A stretch of 59,749 nucleotides of DNA from an uncultured bacterium (GTDB lineage Bacteria; Fidelibacterota; UBA2242): contig CAZAKB010000002.1 of NCBI GenBank assembly GCA_964485475.1, positions 1 through 59,749 on the forward strand. The letters run 5' to 3'. A program made the translations under genes and the position numbers. The notes beneath the pieces are model-generated. The model was not told the origin of the DNA, did no database searches, and worked only from the letters and a program-made list of their open reading frames with translations. Positions 56,316-59,749 of the stretch are shown piece by piece (the stretch's first letter is position 1; every line of letters starts with the position of its first letter).

Positions 56316-56582
56316 TCAGATCAAATTCATACTAATTGCGTAAATAATGATCGTTATACAACAGTGGTCATATAAAACTTTATCCAGATAAAACTTAAAA
56401 CGGTTTCGTTGTCTGAAAGATGTAATCTGAGGCAATTTCCACTTCTTAAGATTATCTAGAAAAGGTAAAATGTAGTCCGCCGATTTTGCCAGCGAGCCAC
56501 CGTCGGAATTCTCCAAATGCCAGAGATCAATGCCATCTGCATCCGCCATATGTGCCAGCAGTAACCAGGCTTCCAGAATGAA
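56316..56582 (-). pseudogene. Possible 5'-truncated remnant of an alginate-lyase-family (PF05426-like) gene
   Basis: The open frame starts right after a stop at about 56583. It encodes FILEAWLLLAHMADADGIDLWHLENSDGGSLAKSADYILPFLDNLKKWKLPQI, which resembles the C-terminal region of alginate-lyase-type proteins. Only about 88 codons remain, with no plausible N-terminal domain. Confidence 0.3.
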
Positions 56583-56927
56583 CTACCCCGGGGCAAGCCC
56601 CGAGGAATTCTTTCGATTAAATGTGATCAGCATATCTATTGTACCATATGAGGAGCAACCCTGTGAATAGAAATGCTTGCTAACGTTTCAATTGATTCAT
56701 TGTGACTTTTATATTAAGAAAAATAGATCGTATTAAAAATACGCCAAGAATGTAATTTGGATTCTCGAGAAATACAGAACGAATTTCTCAAACTTCCAAT
56801 CTCTTATCTATCGTAGCATCAATTCTCAAAAAACATCTGTTCTTTACATTCACTGTTCCGAAGTAAAAGATGATGATTATTCAAAGAACTGAAAATTAAT
56901 CTTTTGAGTCGCGATATCGGTCATAGT

Positions 56928-59749
56928 TCATGATTTTTGAATAGTATTGCTCACCATTTCCAATAATGCACTGACCGAATAAGGTTTTTGAAGAAACCTG
57001 AATCCTTTATCCTGAATAATCGACTGTTTGACCCGTTCTTCTGTATAGCCGCTGCACATAACCACCGGAATACTCGGATTGTTAACAATTAATTTGGTAA
57101 CCAGGTCAAAACCATTGATATCCGGCAAGATCACATCACTGATAATCAACTGGAAATTCCCTTTAGATTCTTCAAATACCGATTTCGCCTCTTGCCCATT
57201 TGAAGCAACTTGGATAACATACCCATACTGTCTCAAGGCTGTCGATGCTAAATCCAGGATTCCTTGCTCGTCTTCAATAACAAGGATTTTCTCGCCGTTT
57301 CCATAAAGAGATTCTTTGGATTCGGCCTGAGTAGCACTCTCTTCACTAAACGCTGAAACAGATGCAGGCAGATAGATTTTAAATACTGTACCCTGTTCCG
57401 GTTCACTGTAGACGTTGATCCAGCCGCCGTGACTCTTGACAATTCCATAGACTACTGATAATCCCAGGCCGGTGCCCTTGCCCTTTTCCTTTGTGCTGTA
57501 AAAAGGTTCGAATATTTTGGAGAGAATTTCTTTCGGAATACCAATCCCGGAATCCTGGACAGAAATTCGCACGAAACTCCCTATTCGGGATTCTGGCATA
57601 TATTTTTGGTCATCATCGGTAATTAAAATATTTTCAGTTTTTATTGTCAATTTACCGCCATCCGGCATGGCATCCCGGGCATTCACCGCCAGGTTCATGA
57701 TCACCTGTTCAATATTGCCCTCGTCCGCTTGAACATTTGGCAAATCAGATGCCATGTTTGTATTCACTTTAATATTCTCACCGATCAGACGTTGGATCAT
57801 TTTTAAAAGATTTCGAATCGTCTGGTTCAAATCCAGTGTCTTTAATTCGACGGTCTGTTTACGGCTGAACATCAACAATTGCCGGGTCAGACTCGCGGCC
57901 CGGGTTGACGAGTTCATGATTTGCGTCAAATCTTTATATTGAGGATTGCTTTCATTCATCGCCAACATTGCCATCTGGGCATGGCCCTGGATAACCGTCA
58001 GCAGATTATTGAAATCATGGGCGATACCACCGGCGAGAGTGCCAATAGATTCCATCTTCTGGCTCTCACGAAATTTATCTTCAAGTTCCAGTTTCTCCGC
58101 TTCCATCTGCTTTCGTTCGGTAATGTCGGTCATGACACCCTGCAGACCGGAGAAGCGGCCATTCTTTATCACGGGCCTGCTTGAGGTTCTGATCCAACGA
58201 ATTCCATCGGATTTAGTGAGAATGCGATACTCGCTTGGTTCTATCTGACCGCTGGCAACCTTTTGGAATAGAGATAATATGCGCGGTCTGTCATCCGGAT
58301 ATATAAAATCAATAAATGCTTTTCCGATCAATTCATCCGGGCGCCAACCCGACAGGATTTCTATGGCCGAACTGATATAGGTAAATATTCCCTTATCATC
58401 AGTAGAATAGATGATGTCATTGATATTCTCGACCAGATTGCGGTACTTGTATTCACTCTCTATTAATTTTTGTTCCGCCTGTTTGCGCTTGGTGATATCA
58501 TTAAAAGTCACAGCAAATTGCCCTGGTTTCGGACAATATGCCGTCACTTCATAGTACTTTTTTAGCGCGCCGCTGAAATGCTCGAAACGAATTGATTTTC
58601 CCGTAAGAGCTACTTCACCGTATTTCTTGATCCAAAATGACTCAGTATCAGGTAAAACCTCCAGGCAGGTTTTACCGATGATGTTTATTGGATCCAAGTC
58701 AGTCATCGTTCCGAACGTTTTATTAATCTCAAGGAATCGGTAGTCGACCGGTTTCCCATCGGCATCACAAATTATTTCATGCAAAGCGAATCCATTTATC
58801 ATTTGTTCAAAAAGAAGCCGATATTTTTTCTCACTCTCACGTATGTTCGTTTCTGCCTGTTTGCGCTCAGTGATGTCCTGAGCCAGAATGGCGATATCTC
58901 CAGCCATCGGCACAACGACGACCCGGAACGAGGTCGGTTTTGTTATGCTTTCGCCGGAATAGTCGGACTCAAAGATACAACTCTCCCCTGATTCCGCGAC
59001 CTGTTGATAGGCTCTCAGGAATGGCGTGCCGCGGTGACCGGGGAACAACTCCAGCAGGCGTCGGCCCACAACCGCTTCTGGATCGGTGCCGTTTAACCGC
59101 GCAACCGCGGCATTCTCATAAATCCAGGTGAAATCGACAACTCGCTCCTGGGCATCACGTACTGGTCGAAGGATTGTGAACCCATCGGGGGACATATCCT
59201 GCGCAATACGGAATTGCTCCTGGCTCTTTCTTAGCGCTTCTTCTGCCTGTTTGCGCTCGGTAATGTCATTGGTGATGCCAATCATGCCTGTGATTGAACC
59301 GTCTTTATCACACAGTGGCACTTTGGATGTTAAAAACCAGATTTTCTTACCATCCGGTTGAATACCGAATTCGACATTGTTTATGATTGAATGACCATCC
59401 CTGATTACATTTTGATCGTCGCTAAAATATTTCTCTGCCAGCTCCTTTGGGAAAACCTCAAAATCTGTTTTGTTAATAATATCAATATCAGCATTCAGTC
59501 CGAGGTATTTCAAATGTCCGAGTACTTCCTCTGTATGGATCGGATTGGCAATGATTTTCCGATATTCTTTATCTTTCACGAAAATGCCGTTTGGCAGGTT
59601 GTCTATGAGTGTTCTCAGCAGGGTGCGTTCCTGAAGTATTGTATTCTCCGCCATCTGGTGCTCTGCTTCAGTATGCAACGAGGTTAGTGCAAAGGATATA
59701 TCATCCACAACTTCTTCGAGAAGCACTATTTCCTGTTCATTAAAGAAAT
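56928..59749 (-). CDS. Hybrid sensor histidine kinase (multiple PAS domains, HisKA, HATPase_c, C-terminal receiver); the N-terminus lies outside the window
   Basis: The frame is open to the right window edge. The motif ITERKQAE recurs at the PAS boundaries, with close variants (ITKRKQAE, ITERKQME). The H-box is GGIAHDFNNLL, the N/G boxes are NLAVNARDAMP and GTGLGLS, and the receiver region is ILVIEDE...ISDVILPDING. Confidence 0.9.
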   Translation of the reverse strand, partial: FFNEQEIVLLEEVVDDISFALTSLHTEAEHQMAENTILQERTLLRTLIDNLPNGIFVKDKEYRKIIANPIHTEEVLGHLKYLGLNADIDIINKTDFEVFPKELAEKYFSDDQNVIRDGHSIINNVEFGIQPDGKKIWFLTSKVPLCDKDGSITGMIGITNDITERKQAEEALRKSQEQFRIAQDMSPDGFTILRPVRDAQERVVDFTWIYENAAVARLNGTDPEAVVGRRLLELFPGHRGTPFLRAYQQVAESGESCIFESDYSGESITKPTSFRVVVVPMAGDIAILAQDITERKQAETNIRESEKKYRLLFEQMINGFALHEIICDADGKPVDYRFLEINKTFGTMTDLDPINIIGKTCLEVLPDTESFWIKKYGEVALTGKSIRFEHFSGALKKYYEVTAYCPKPGQFAVTFNDITKRKQAEQKLIESEYKYRNLVENINDIIYSTDDKGIFTYISSAIEILSGWRPDELIGKAFIDFIYPDDRPRILSLFQKVASGQIEPSEYRILTKSDGIRWIRTSSRPVIKNGRFSGLQGVMTDITERKQMEAEKLELEDKFRESQKMESIGTLAGGIAHDFNNLLTVIQGHAQMAMLAMNESNPQYKDLTQIMNSSTRAASLTRQLLMFSRKQTVELKTLDLNQTIRNLLKMIQRLIGENIKVNTNMASDLPNVQADEGNIEQVIMNLAVNARDAMPDGGKLTIKTENILITDDDQKYMPESRIGSFVRISVQDSGIGIPKEILSKIFEPFYSTKEKGKGTGLGLSVVYGIVKSHGGWINVYSEPEQGTVFKIYLPASVSAFSEESATQAESKESLYGNGEKILVIEDEQGILDLASTALRQYGYVIQVASNGQEAKSVFEESKGNFQLIISDVILPDINGFDLVTKLIVNNPSIPVVMCSGYTEERVKQSIIQDKGFRFLQKPYSVSALLEMVSNTIQKS

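Noticed and set aside
56695-56715. Isolated TGACTTT half-site (ATTCATTGTGACTTT) resembling half of the candidate GntR operator
   Set aside because: Only one half-site is present, with no palindromic partner. It lies in the decayed spacer and is not upstream of an intact gene start.
1-59749. Search for CRISPR arrays, IS elements/transposases, integrases, toxin-antitoxin or known defence operons
   Set aside because: No spaced direct-repeat array was seen, and the largest tandem repeat is 2 x 13 nt. No ORF has transposase, integrase, recombinase or nuclease-defence motifs. Only the hsdR tail at the left edge is defence-related.

Overview
This 59.7-kb window is from a Gram-negative bacterium with Fibrobacteres-Chlorobi-Bacteroidetes-type envelope features: type IX secretion (T9SS) C-terminal sorting domains, a PorV/PorQ-like barrel, and a SusC-like TonB-dependent receptor (TBDR) with no SusD. 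Spot counts give about 40-43% GC. All family calls come from motif recognition by eye, because no searches could be run.

Layout: the left edge holds the 3' end of a type I restriction R-subunit gene (about 51% GC), followed by a complete tRNA-Arg(TCT) at 715-787. Roughly 54 kb of carbohydrate-utilisation genes follow. A broken 3'-half copy of the same tRNA lies at 54696-54762. Beyond it are a UxaE-family epimerase, a decayed spacer with a lyase-like gene remnant, and a multi-PAS hybrid histidine kinase that runs off the right edge.

The glycan locus contains:
- four GH38 alpha-mannosidase paralogs, three without signal peptides and one exported with a long N-terminal extension
- three DUF4185-like beta-propeller paralogs
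- a GH13_18 sucrose-phosphorylase-like enzyme and a GH106-like exported hydrolase
- an unassigned 694-aa protein
- three esterases
- a mannose entry module (D-lyxose/mannose isomerase, PfkB kinase, ROK kinase, class I mannose-6-phosphate isomerase)
- a CUT1 ABC importer whose ATPase gene sits in a different operon
- a GntR/FadR regulator with a candidate palindromic operator present twice
- six uroporphyrinogen-decarboxylase (URO-D)/MtaA-like paralogs, which is the most unusual feature

Twenty-three genes from 50107 down to 16529 are co-directional with tiny or overlapping junctions.

The strongest candidates for undescribed biology are:
- the URO-D/MtaA-like expansion wired into an alpha-mannoside catabolic locus with no corrinoid protein in view
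- the SusD-less outer-membrane module (TBDR, T9SS cargo, PorV-like barrel, T9SS-anchored DUF4185-like enzyme)
- the tRNA / partial-tRNA direct repeat that brackets the whole locus with no integrase

No CRISPR array, IS element, integrase or recognisable defence system other than the hsdR fragment was seen.
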